NCBI RefSeq assembly: GCF_000015145.1
Contig: NC_008818.1
Span: 810,001-842,000 of the forward strand
Direction of reading: 5' to 3'
From: Hyperthermus butylicus DSM 5456
GTDB lineage: Archaea; Thermoproteota; Thermoprotei_A; Sulfolobales; Pyrodictiaceae
DNA: 32,000 nucleotides
Both the position numbers and the translations under genes were made by a program. The notes under the pieces are model-generated. The model saw only the letters and a list, made by a program, of their open reading frames with translations, did no database searches and was not told where the DNA came from. Below, piece by piece: positions 9,458-18,862 of this stretch (the first letter of the stretch is position 1; every line of letters starts with the position of its first letter).

Positions 9458-12394
9458 TTAGCTACGCCTTGCAAAGACACCGTAGGCTATGGCTAGTAGC
9501 AGTATTAGGTTGATGACACTTACTATTAGTGCTAGGTTGGCCTTACTCTCTGCTGCAGCTGCCTTGTTCGTCGCTGTTGCTACATCGTCCTTGGTTGCTA
9601 GCCCACTTATACTGCTCTTGAGCGTGTCTGGCAGCTGCTGCACCGTCTTTAGCAGGTCTTGTATTTGTGTGTTTACACCACTAATGGCGTTACTAATCGC
9701 GCTAGCCACTTGCTCACCTAGTAGCTGTCTTAGCTGCTCTATTTGCTTCTGGATGTTCTCCTGTACTTGTTCTATCTTCCCTGCCGTCTCGGTAGTCTGT
9801 AGCGATACTGTCTGCTCCGCTGGCAGTGCTACACTTTCACTATAAGCTATCACTGTTAGGTCGTAGACAGAGTATTCTGCCAGCGTAGCTGTCAGGCTGG
9901 CTGGCAGCTTGATTAGGAAGCCACCAGGTGTCTCTTCAGCCTCGCCTACAGCTATTACCTTGTTGGTCTCTGGGTCGCGTAGCACATACTTGACATGTAG
10001 TGGTGATGGACCTGCAACTGTTACTATGATCCTTGCCTCCTTGCCTGGCGGTACTAGCGGTGTCTTGATACCAGTGATTGTTACCGGTGCTGGCAGGCCG
10101 AATACCCAGTCAGTTGGACCGAATGGGTACGTTGGGTCTCTGAATGCCTCTAGCTCCAGCATCTGGGCGTCCTTGTCGAACTTTACCAGCTTGAACGGTC
10201 CATCGCTAATCCATGCGTTACCGTAAGTGTCGATCCATGCCTTGGCCTTCTCTATCCTGTCAGCCCACTCGTCCGGTGTCATTAGCACTGTGCCGTCTGG
10301 TAGTGTGAAGTAGCCCTTGTAGGCGTCGTAACTTATCTCGTCAAGAGCCTCCTTTATAGCTGCGGCGTGGTCTGCTAGTACTAGGTTGAGCTGTGGTATG
10401 TTCTCCTTCCTGGCCCTAGTCTCGTCGAGCGCATAGGTCTTCTTGACGAATGCTAGGTAGTCCATTGCGAAGATTACTGGTGCGGGGTTGTACAGCGTGA
10501 ATGCTGCGAAGTCGGCAATGTAGTTGGGGTCGAAGTGCCAGTAGTCAACGTATACCTCCACCTTGTTCTCGCTTGGCAGGAATCTGAACGCTACTATCTT
10601 TTCGTAGATCTCCTTAGCCGTAGAGGCGATTGCACCCTCGATCTGGCTCTTCTGCGGGTCATAGGTTATGTCTAGGTTCTCTGCCAGCCACGCCATTATG
10701 TCCGCGAAGGTTATTGGCTCACCGTCGTGCCACTTGCTGCCAACTAGCTTGGATACATCGAATACCACCTTGCTGACAGCCTCTATCCTGCCTAGATCCT
10801 TGGCGTATACCCACCTGTCGTTCTCAGCATCCCACCAGACAGCATCGTCGGGTACCGGTAGCTTGCCCTCTGGCCCAGCAGTCTCAACTGTGAACGGTGT
10901 TCTGAATGCTATTGGCTCACCATTGAACGGGTGTCTCCATATGCCGGGATCGTAGGTTGCGCGTGCTGGGTCTACGCTGTATACGTCATCAAAGCCGCCG
11001 AATGGGTTCCAGATAGTTCTAGCAGTGAATACCCATCTGTGGCCAACCTTTAGTGTGCCATCGCCGCCTGCTACGTAGGCGCCACGTATGAAGAATGGTG
11101 ACCTCAGACCAGCGCCTAGGTCTAGGGTGACACCCTTAACCTCGCTCCTCGCTGGATAAGTGTCTAGAGTGGATACAATCCAGATCCTTAGGCTCTCTTG
11201 TATGCTTAGCTCGGTAGCCTTCTTTAGCAGGTCAATGAATTCCTCCTTGCTCTTGAAGCCGCCTAGGGATATGATCTTGCTGTACTCGTCAATGGTATCG
11301 TTCCTGTAGTTCCACCAGGTTGGCTCAGCCCAGCCTACTACCCAGCCGAACCAGGGTGCTGCGAACTGTGTCACCATCCATGGGTCCCAGCGGTCTATTG
11401 CACCCCTACCCCAGCCCTCAGTGTAGAAGTGCCACTCGAAGTCCTTGGGGTCACTCGCGTATACCTTAGTGATTGCCTCACCGAAGGGTACTATCTGCCT
11501 TAGCACCTTGATGCCAATGGTCTTCTCTAGCTCGTCGGCGAACATTTTACCAATATCTAGACGCTCGTCCTCCTGCCTTATGATGCCTATGACTTGTATT
11601 GGCTTACCATTGTAGTACCATACACCATCCCTGTACTCGGCACCAGCCTTCTGCAACACGCTGAAGACAATCTCCTTGGCTAGTGTTGGATTGTAGCTAA
11701 ACTTATACTTGGCAACTACATCGATTACCTCCACGTATGTTGGGTCGCCAGCGCCATACACAGCGTACCTGGCAATGGCAAAGCCCTTGTAGATGTTCTT
11801 TACGATGTAGTCTCTGTCCACTAGGTAGTTCATGGCAAACCTTATCTCCTTGAAGCAGAACGGGTTAATGTCAAACTTATCGCTCTGCCAGAGAACCTTG
11901 CCACCAGCGCTGGTTACGCTGGTCTCCGGTATCTTGGCACATAGTTCTACAACAGTGATGTCCCTGTCCTCAATACTCACACCCACTGGCGGTACCTCCT
12001 CAGCGCCCGACGGCACGTAGGTTGCGTAGGCAATCACTACCGGGTCTACGCCTAGTTTCGTGGCTGCCTCCTCCTTGGTTAGCTTGCCCGGCAGCTCTAC
12101 GATCATTACTGGAGCTGGGTTGAGGCCCAGGTCTACTAGGCCTGCTGGAGCCTGGTATAGCTCTATACCTTTCTCGCCTACAAGCTGCTGCGCGGCAGCT
12201 GGCCTTAGACCGAACAAGTAAACGTCGATGTCACCAGACTTTAGTGCTTGCACTACTTGCTCTAATGTAACCTGCTTCCAGATCACCTTGTCTGATGCTG
12301 GACCCTTCTCACCTTGCGCCTGGGCTGTAATCGCAACGCCTAGGCTTGGTAGGACAAATACCGCTATTAAGATTAGAGCTATGAGCTTTCTCAC
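9458..12394 (-). CDS. ABC transporter extracellular solute-binding protein (family 5, peptide/nickel type) with a C-terminal stalk and membrane anchor
   Basis: 978-aa ORF with a GTG start. N-terminal signal MRKLIALILIAVFVLPSLGVAITAQA, a long family-5-like body, a heptad-like Q/L-rich segment and a terminal TM LALIVSVINLILLLAIAYGVFARRS. Confidence 0.85.
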   Translation of the reverse strand: MRKLIALILIAVFVLPSLGVAITAQAQGEKGPASDKVIWKQVTLEQVVQALKSGDIDVYLFGLRPAAAQQLVGEKGIELYQAPAGLVDLGLNPAPVMIVELPGKLTKEEAATKLGVDPVVIAYATYVPSGAEEVPPVGVSIEDRDITVVELCAKIPETSVTSAGGKVLWQSDKFDINPFCFKEIRFAMNYLVDRDYIVKNIYKGFAIARYAVYGAGDPTYVEVIDVVAKYKFSYNPTLAKEIVFSVLQKAGAEYRDGVWYYNGKPIQVIGIIRQEDERLDIGKMFADELEKTIGIKVLRQIVPFGEAITKVYASDPKDFEWHFYTEGWGRGAIDRWDPWMVTQFAAPWFGWVVGWAEPTWWNYRNDTIDEYSKIISLGGFKSKEEFIDLLKKATELSIQESLRIWIVSTLDTYPARSEVKGVTLDLGAGLRSPFFIRGAYVAGGDGTLKVGHRWVFTARTIWNPFGGFDDVYSVDPARATYDPGIWRHPFNGEPIAFRTPFTVETAGPEGKLPVPDDAVWWDAENDRWVYAKDLGRIEAVSKVVFDVSKLVGSKWHDGEPITFADIMAWLAENLDITYDPQKSQIEGAIASTAKEIYEKIVAFRFLPSENKVEVYVDYWHFDPNYIADFAAFTLYNPAPVIFAMDYLAFVKKTYALDETRARKENIPQLNLVLADHAAAIKEALDEISYDAYKGYFTLPDGTVLMTPDEWADRIEKAKAWIDTYGNAWISDGPFKLVKFDKDAQMLELEAFRDPTYPFGPTDWVFGLPAPVTITGIKTPLVPPGKEARIIVTVAGPSPLHVKYVLRDPETNKVIAVGEAEETPGGFLIKLPASLTATLAEYSVYDLTVIAYSESVALPAEQTVSLQTTETAGKIEQVQENIQKQIEQLRQLLGEQVASAISNAISGVNTQIQDLLKTVQQLPDTLKSSISGLATKDDVATATNKAAAAESKANLALIVSVINLILLLAIAYGVFARRS

Positions 12395-12629
12395 GATGGG
12401 TCACCCAGCGTATGCGGTTCCTACCCTAATCCGTGTTGTGTTTAGGTAAAGCATAAGGCGATGTTAAAAAAATTTCCTATGCTAGTTATTGGCTGGGATT
12501 GCAGTGGAACACGTGCGAGATTTGAATGCTGTTCTGAGAGAATTAGAGCCGAGCTGTAGATGGTTCGTTAGTTGGCATGTAAGCCTCAGCCCTCTGCTGG
12601 GAGCCAGACCCGCTGCTAGCACACTAAGC

Positions 12630-13385
12630 TCATAGGGTTTTTGACTCGCGGAGCGCTATGGCAGCCAGTGCTGCCGCTAGGAGCGTGGCTGCTGCTAGCG
12701 CGGGAAGCCTAAGCTTTACGACCTCCACACCTACAGCACTTGTACACCCCAAACTATCAACGTCTACAACTATGCTCTTTAGCTTTGATTCCACAAGTTC
12801 CAGCTTCAGCTTTCCAGCTGCTATGTTGTAGCTACAGGTAAGATTGTATAGTTCACCGCCATGCATTTGCCCTATATCGATTACACTGCAGCCCGGCACA
12901 TAGATTGGCAGTTTACCGTAATCGCCCGGCAGAAATAGTATAGCACTATTAGCTTCCACTACTAGGATGGCATGCGTTACTGCGACCGGATAGAACCAGT
13001 TTAGCTCTAGTACACCAGGCTCAACACTCTTCATAACCGATGGTGGTAGTGTCTCCCTACTAGTCTTGAGGAGTACCATGTGTAGCAGCGAAGGGCCTAG
13101 TGCTAAGCTGCCACCCTCTGGCGGGAGATAGGCTACTGACACGTTTCCCGAACAGCTGGTATAGTTGCACTTGTAGTATAGTACCTCGAAGCCCAGGGGC
13201 TGCGAGGCAGTAGTGTTGACCACAGCCGGTTCAAGGGTTATATTCTGAACAGGTATGACGCAAAGCCCACCGAGATCAACCTCTCCAGACTCGACATGCA
13301 CATCAGCCATAGCCACCACTATTAGTGCTATGGTCGAAAACATTAATGCTAGAAACCCCACTATAACGCTATATCCTCTACGCAA
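12630..13385 (-). CDS. hypothetical secreted/anchored protein, sequon- and Cys-containing
   Basis: 251-aa ORF with an N-terminal hydrophobic signal/anchor and a C-terminal hydrophobic tail LPALAAATLLAAALAAIALRESKTL. Has five N-x-S/T sequons and six Cys. No family recognised. Confidence 0.5.
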   Translation of the reverse strand: MRRGYSVIVGFLALMFSTIALIVVAMADVHVESGEVDLGGLCVIPVQNITLEPAVVNTTASQPLGFEVLYYKCNYTSCSGNVSVAYLPPEGGSLALGPSLLHMVLLKTSRETLPPSVMKSVEPGVLELNWFYPVAVTHAILVVEANSAILFLPGDYGKLPIYVPGCSVIDIGQMHGGELYNLTCSYNIAAGKLKLELVESKLKSIVVDVDSLGCTSAVGVEVVKLRLPALAAATLLAAALAAIALRESKTL

Positions 13386-13508
13386 GGCGATATAACCCCG
13401 TGGTTGCCCCTGGGCTTCTCCTCGCGGAGTCTCCCTAGCCCCCAGAGGCTAAATCCGCACAAGTGTAGCTGTGATGCTGGGTGGAACTTGTTGAAGCTTA
13501 CGAGTAAA

Positions 13509-14003
13509 ATGCTTGCCGCAGGTATTGGACTGCTATTGCTCGCACTTGCCTCCTCGATAGCCGCTATGACGCCTACGTCCAAATATGTGTTTACCCGCGT
13601 GAAGAATATAGAGTCCGGCAACTCTACCATAGCCCTACTAGTCGCAACACTTGTAGACGAGCCTATAGAAGGCGTATCGGGTATCGATCTAAGCCTCGTA
13701 AATAACGGCGGTGACCTAAGGCTTGTTATGCTACGCAGAACCAATAGCGGTATAGTGACAGAGAACTATACCATCGCTTCGGGCTCATCAGTCAACATTA
13801 CCGGCATAAGGCTAATGGATACCTTGCTGCTCCAATCACTACAAGGCCAGGGTGTAAACGCTACAGCATATATCACATTAACGATTTACGAGAGGAAGCT
13901 ACTAGGGCTGAGTGCTGTAGCTCTTGCACTCTTCATAGCTGGTACCGTAGTTATAACTACAGCTATAGCGCTAAGGCTATCAGGTCTTGAGGTTGGCGAA
14001 TAA
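13509..14003 (+). CDS. hypothetical secreted/anchored protein, sequon-rich
   Basis: ATG 13509 gives the signal-like MLAAGIGLLLLALASSIAAM. Has four N-x-S/T sequons and a C-terminal TM LLGLSAVALALFIAGTVVITTAIAL. The tracked TTG start at 13404 is less plausible. Confidence 0.45.
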   Translation: MLAAGIGLLLLALASSIAAMTPTSKYVFTRVKNIESGNSTIALLVATLVDEPIEGVSGIDLSLVNNGGDLRLVMLRRTNSGIVTENYTIASGSSVNITGIRLMDTLLLQSLQGQGVNATAYITLTIYERKLLGLSAVALALFIAGTVVITTAIALRLSGLEVGE

Positions 14004-14086
14004 CCAGCCATGAAGAAGACTTGATTTTCCTAAAAACCTCGTCTTTGCACTGCCGAACGCGTGATGGTTAGAGATTCTCGCTGCAG

Positions 14087-14506
14087 TTAGTAGCGCTGGC
14101 GACGCTGGAACTCACCGAGCCTTCTCCGACCCCGGCGCTGCCATGACGCCTTAGGGGTCTCCTCGGGTACTTCTTCGGGCTGAGGAGCTTCGCTATCGTC
14201 GAGTCTGCGTATTCCGCCACGACCTCCAACATTGAGGACTACGTTGCCCCGATAATTAGTTGTCCAGGCGCCCTGGATCTCGACAGCCTCACCCTCCGAC
14301 AATGTACCGGCTGCACGACCCCAGAGTGTTAGCTTCACCCTACCTGTCTCGTCGCCTACCACCGCCTCGCTTATCGTACGTGGACCCCTACGTGTCTCTA
14401 TGACTCTGGGAGCTTCGGCTTCTAAAACACGGACTCGGACTGTTACGTTATCCATTCCGGGTTTAAGCTCTGATATTTTTACGGGGGTTTCCTTCTGGCT
14501 ACGCAT
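14087..14506 (-). CDS. ssb: single-stranded DNA-binding protein, crenarchaeal single-OB type
   Basis: Close resemblance to Sulfolobus-type SSB: NVTVRVRVLEA...RTISEAVVGDETGRVKLTLWG...AWTTNYRGNVVLNVG, followed by an Arg-rich tail. Confidence 0.9.
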   Translation of the reverse strand: MRSQKETPVKISELKPGMDNVTVRVRVLEAEAPRVIETRRGPRTISEAVVGDETGRVKLTLWGRAAGTLSEGEAVEIQGAWTTNYRGNVVLNVGGRGGIRRLDDSEAPQPEEVPEETPKASWQRRGRRRLGEFQRRQRY

Positions 14507-14612
14507 GGATACATCGACTCCAGCTACGCTAAACGAGTATGTACTGGCTCTCAGAGGCTTATATCCCTGCCGGACCAGTTGGCTGTGATGATGCTGGCCT
14601 GTGCTTAGCCCC

Positions 14613-15065
14613 CTACGGGCTGTGCTGAGAGGGGGCTTGGGAGCGGCGGCTGAGCCTTATTGCTTCAGGCTTGACGGGATCTGGTAGGAGGTCACGTAGC
14701 CTCCACACCCTTGTCTCACCGGTTACTAGCGAGCGTGAAGCGATCACAGTGTCATCGTCCGCAAACTCTGCTATCACCTGGCGGCAGGCTCCACAAGGCG
14801 GTAGTGGTAAGGTTGTATCTGACACTATTGCCACTGCCTTTATCCTGCGGCGGCCAGCTGTAATCATTGCCGCTACTGCCGCCCTCTCAGCACAGATTGT
14901 TAAGCCGTAACTTACATTCTCGACATTGACGCCCAGGTAGACTGTTCCATCGTCTGCTAGAACAACTGCTGCTACATGGACCCCACTGTAGGGGGCATAG
15001 CTGTTACCTATGACTTGCTTGGCCCTCTGGAATAGCTCCTCTAGATCCACCCCCAAGCTAGCCAA
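14613..15065 (-). CDS. cdd: cytidine deaminase
   Basis: Zinc-ligand motifs CAERAA and PCGACRQ with the spacing seen in homotetrameric cytidine deaminases. The apparent start is TTG. Confidence 0.85.
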   Translation of the reverse strand: MASLGVDLEELFQRAKQVIGNSYAPYSGVHVAAVVLADDGTVYLGVNVENVSYGLTICAERAAVAAMITAGRRRIKAVAIVSDTTLPLPPCGACRQVIAEFADDDTVIASRSLVTGETRVWRLRDLLPDPVKPEAIRLSRRSQAPSQHSP

Positions 15066-15312
15066 GGACTCTCACCCCTGGAGCCGGGGGCATGCTATGC
15101 ATAGCATAGCTTCTCAGCTAACAACTCAAGACCCTAGAGGCACATTCCTCAAACACGTACGCCCAAGGCCAGCTACTCCAGCCGCGTGTAAGGCACCTGG
15201 ATAAAATAGTGTCATGGTTACTGCTTCGCCTAGACCTGCTGGACGCCACGTTATTAGGTAGCGCTAAGCAGTGGAAAGTATGGGCGATGAGGGAGCCTGG
15301 GGGATCCCCCTA

Positions 15313-15380
15313 GCCCGGACGCCCCCGCCCACAATGGGCGGGGCTGGCTGAGGAGGTGGCCCCCTCCCCGAGCCCCGGGC
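15313..15380. other. G+C-rich three-way-junction-like element, candidate structured RNA
   Basis: Closing helix GCCCGG 15313-15318 / CCGGGC 15375-15380. Inner hairpin 15323-15330 / 15336-15343 (8 bp, loop ACAAT). Inner hairpin GGAGG 15352-15356 / CCTCC 15363-15367. A GGGGGATCCCCC palindrome sits just upstream at 15299-15310. Confidence 0.35.
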
Positions 15381-15886
15381 CTATGCCTCCTGCTACCTAC
15401 CGGAGACACCATACAACCCAACCTCCTCCGGGATGATTCTCACGTTCACCTTAAATGATGATTGAGAAGAGAACAATATCGTTATAGCTCAGAAACACTA
15501 TTGAAGTCACAATAGTGCATATAGCTTACTACGAAAACCATTATGCTTCGAGCCTAGTGCTTAATCCTATACCTTGATCACAGATGGGCTGCTCCACATA
15601 GTCCTTACAATATGCAACATGCACAGGAAAAGCAACCATACAGTCTCAATGACTGGGCCATTGCAAATGACCCTTACATTGCGCACGTATCCTTCATTGG
15701 TTTGTTCCTAGCTCTTCTCTCGTTTTCGCCCTCAGAATCTTCAGTCTCGACGTGTTTGCTTTTCACTCAAGGGCAACCCTATGAGAGGCTTGGACTATCA
15801 ATAGGCTGGGAGTATGTCAAGCTTGACAGGAGAGTGGCACAGAAGACAACGTTCAAACGGGCCCAGCGTGCCTAGTTTCAGCGTAG

Positions 15887-17056
15887 ATGCTGGCTAGCGC
15901 TGTTTTGGGGTGGGCTAGTGTGACGGGTGTTAAGGTTCCCCTATACGATGTTCATAGGGAGCTTGGTGCATCGCTTGGAGAGTTTGCTGGGTGGCTAGTC
16001 CCCATAGATTATGGCAGTATTGTTGAGGAGCATGTTGCTGTGAGGAAGACTGTTGGGTTCTTCGATCTAAGCCATATGGCTAGGATAATCGTGTCAGGCC
16101 CCGATGCCGGCAAGCTGTTGGACAAGCTGGTGCCACGCTATCTTGAGTCAGAGCCAGGCACTATGCTTGGTCCAACAGCGTTCCTAAATGAGAACGCTGG
16201 CTTTGTTGACGATGTGATGCTCTACAACCTTGGCGGTAACCAGTGGATGATTGTTGCAAACGCTGTTAACCGGGAGAAAGTGCTAGGCTGGCTCAACGAT
16301 TGGCTCTCAAGGCTAGGGTTTACAGCCAGCGTTGAGGACAAGACGTTGGAGCTAGCCATGTTTGCCGTCCAGGGTCCAAAGGCGGCTGAGCTTATGGAGA
16401 GGCTTGGTGCACCACGCGAGGTCTTGGAGCTGAAGCTGTTGAGGTTCCGGCTCAACGTAGAGCTATCAGAGGCAAAGGCAAGGGCATTTCTTGTTTCGCG
16501 TAGCGGGTGGACAGGCGAGGATGGCTTCGAGATCATAGCCCCAGTTGGTGAGGCTGAGAAGATACTCCGCAAGGCTGCTGAGATAGTTCGGGAGCTCGGA
16601 GGCAGACTATGCGGACTAGGCGCGAGGGATAGCTTGAGAATGGAGATGGGCTTCGTACTCTACGGCCACGAGATAGACGAGGAAACAACACCCGTCGATG
16701 CAAGGTACTGGTGGGTCTACCAGCCCGGCCCAAAGGAGGACTGCGTGGGCTGCAAGGCTCTTCGCGAGGCTCTACGGCGCGGCGCTGTAAAGGTAAGAGT
16801 GGGGATTAGGCTCTCGAAGAAGGCCCGCATAGTGCCACGGCAGGGAGACAAGATATACGTTGAGGGTGTTGAGGTAGGCCATGTGACCAGCGGCGCCTAT
16901 AGTCCAGTCCTCGGCCGGAGCATAGCACAAGCATACATAAAGCCAAGCCACGCCCTCATGGGGCTCACCGTCGAGGTTGAACGGAGAGGCAAGAGGTACC
17001 AGGGCAAGATAGTCGACTTCCCACTAGTAAAGCCTACATCCTCACCACCACTCTAG
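15887..17056 (+). CDS. gcvT: glycine cleavage system T protein (aminomethyltransferase)
   Basis: Shows PLYDVHRELGASLGEFAGWLVPIDYGSIVEEHVAVRKTVGFFDLSHM and SRSGWTGEDGFEI, both typical of GcvT. An alternative GTG start lies at 15920. Confidence 0.9.
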   Translation: MLASAVLGWASVTGVKVPLYDVHRELGASLGEFAGWLVPIDYGSIVEEHVAVRKTVGFFDLSHMARIIVSGPDAGKLLDKLVPRYLESEPGTMLGPTAFLNENAGFVDDVMLYNLGGNQWMIVANAVNREKVLGWLNDWLSRLGFTASVEDKTLELAMFAVQGPKAAELMERLGAPREVLELKLLRFRLNVELSEAKARAFLVSRSGWTGEDGFEIIAPVGEAEKILRKAAEIVRELGGRLCGLGARDSLRMEMGFVLYGHEIDEETTPVDARYWWVYQPGPKEDCVGCKALREALRRGAVKVRVGIRLSKKARIVPRQGDKIYVEGVEVGHVTSGAYSPVLGRSIAQAYIKPSHALMGLTVEVERRGKRYQGKIVDFPLVKPTSSPPL

Positions 17057-17446
17057 CCATGGTGCTCCTTAAACGACAAAGAAAATCGGGACTCACAAGG
17101 CCACCGAGCAGTTTTACCCACTCACATCCATCAACCTAGACCCTATCCTCATAATACATAACAATCCACACTATCATAGTACTTGAGGAGATGCCGAAGC
17201 TGCACACCTAAAACAACACATTTCAGTATGGCTGAGCGCGGAGCACCAGCTCCAGCAACGACCCCGAAGATGATGCCCCAGCCCTCTGAGCCCTGCTGGA
17301 TTCAATTCAATCCATCGTCTCCTATAGCTGGATTCAAATAGCCCAGCAATGGCTTTAGAAGCCTAAGCTCAGAGAGCCTCTGGAGACAAAGACATCACCA
17401 ACCTAATGTCGACTTTGATTTAGCGTGCCCTCCAGGTGCAACAACC

Positions 17447-18526
17447 ATGCCCATGGTGTATCACGATGGTAGAAGGCGGGCTGCAATATATGCTCCTGGC
17501 GCCTATGGCAGGGATGAGGGAAAGACTGGCCACGACCTAGTCATATTTAACGGCGGACTCCTATGGGATCTCATAGCCGTAGTAGACCCGTTTAACGCTG
17601 GCCGCGACGCAGGTGAGGTACTCGGGCTAGGCCGTAAAGGCATACCCATAGTGCGAAGTATCAAAGAAGCCATCGAGAAGGGTGCCGAAGCAATTATTGT
17701 AGGAGCTGCACCCGTTGGCGGCAAGCTGCCCGAGGAGTGGAAGCGAGATCTTCGCGACGCGCTTGAGGCAGGCCTCGATGTCTATAGTGGGCTTCACACC
17801 TTCCTCTCTGACGATCCGGAGCTCCGGGCTGCCGCAGAAAAAGGCAATGCCAGGATAGTTGACGTCCGCAAGCCTGATCCCCGCTATTACCGTGTCTGGG
17901 ATGGCCGGGTTCTTGGCACTAAAATGAAGCGGGTCCTCATAGCAGGGACAGACTGCGATGCTGGAAAGAACATAGCAACCTACACTATATATCAAACCCT
18001 AGTACGTCGCGGAGCTAAGGCCTGCATGATAGGTACGGGCCAGACGATGTTGCTTCTAGGTGCTCGAGGCCTGGTAATGGATGCTATGCCAAGCGACTTT
18101 GTTGCTGGCGCTCTGGAAAAGATAATCGTTGAAGCCTACGAGCAAGGCTGCGAAGTAGCCGTGATTGAGGGCCAGGCTGCAATAACCCACGAAGCCTACG
18201 GCCACGTTACCCTAGGCATACTCCGTGGAGCTTCCCCAACACACATAGTGGTAGCACACGTGCCAGGCCGCCGCTGGCGATCAGCATTCAGCCACGCATG
18301 GATGCCCCTCAGAGCCCCCGAGCCAGGCGAAGAGCTAGTCTATCTCAAAGCACTGAATCCCTATCCGAACCCGGTACTAGCTGGAATAACGCTCAACACT
18401 AGCATGTACAGCTTGGAGGAAGCGAAACGAATCGAGGAAGAGTATACCCGTACATACATGGTGCCAGCTGTTGACCCATTGAGAACAAGCGTGGACGCAA
18501 TAGTGGAACGGATCTTGTCGAGCTAA
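17447..18526 (+). CDS. DUF1611 domain protein (DgcN-like)
   Basis: 359-aa ORF. The segment VLIAGTDCDAGKNIATYTIYQTLVRRG resembles the GTDCxxGK P-loop-like signature of DUF1611. Recalled from memory, not searched. Confidence 0.5.
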   Translation: MPMVYHDGRRRAAIYAPGAYGRDEGKTGHDLVIFNGGLLWDLIAVVDPFNAGRDAGEVLGLGRKGIPIVRSIKEAIEKGAEAIIVGAAPVGGKLPEEWKRDLRDALEAGLDVYSGLHTFLSDDPELRAAAEKGNARIVDVRKPDPRYYRVWDGRVLGTKMKRVLIAGTDCDAGKNIATYTIYQTLVRRGAKACMIGTGQTMLLLGARGLVMDAMPSDFVAGALEKIIVEAYEQGCEVAVIEGQAAITHEAYGHVTLGILRGASPTHIVVAHVPGRRWRSAFSHAWMPLRAPEPGEELVYLKALNPYPNPVLAGITLNTSMYSLEEAKRIEEEYTRTYMVPAVDPLRTSVDAIVERILSS

Positions 18527-18862
18527 ACTCTAGCCAGGGTTGCAAGGGCTACAAGTCGGGAGCCAGTAAGCAGTTCCAGTTGTTGCAGCAAAACCCGTAT
18601 CCATGTTAGGCCTATTTTCTCGCTGTACCGAGCCCTAAATCAACGTCTACAGTCTCGGAGCCTAGTGGTCCCTGGAACCATATCTCATCTGTGAGGCTGT
18701 GCAACAAGTGATACGCTCTTATATACACCGTTCCACCGGACCACACGCTCATTCCTCTTCATAGGTGCTACCTGCCTAATACGCGGTAGATACCTGGTAG
18801 TATATTGTGGCGCTGCACTAAACACTGTTCTTGCGTGGGATATACTCTACTGGTGGGACTGC

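Noticed and set aside
12630-14003. Idea that the two small surface proteins are cannula/pilin-type fibre subunits
   Set aside because: Both have C-terminal membrane anchors, and I could recall no sequence similarity to known fibre subunits. This is pure speculation from size and glycosylation sequons.
15455-15520. Possible C/D box sRNA starting at ATGATGA. Weaker C-box-like words occur at 5141-5150, 17267-17276 and 24858-24866.
   Set aside because: No CUGA D box (or D'/C' pair) lies at the canonical 12-nt guide spacing on either strand, and there is no terminal stem.
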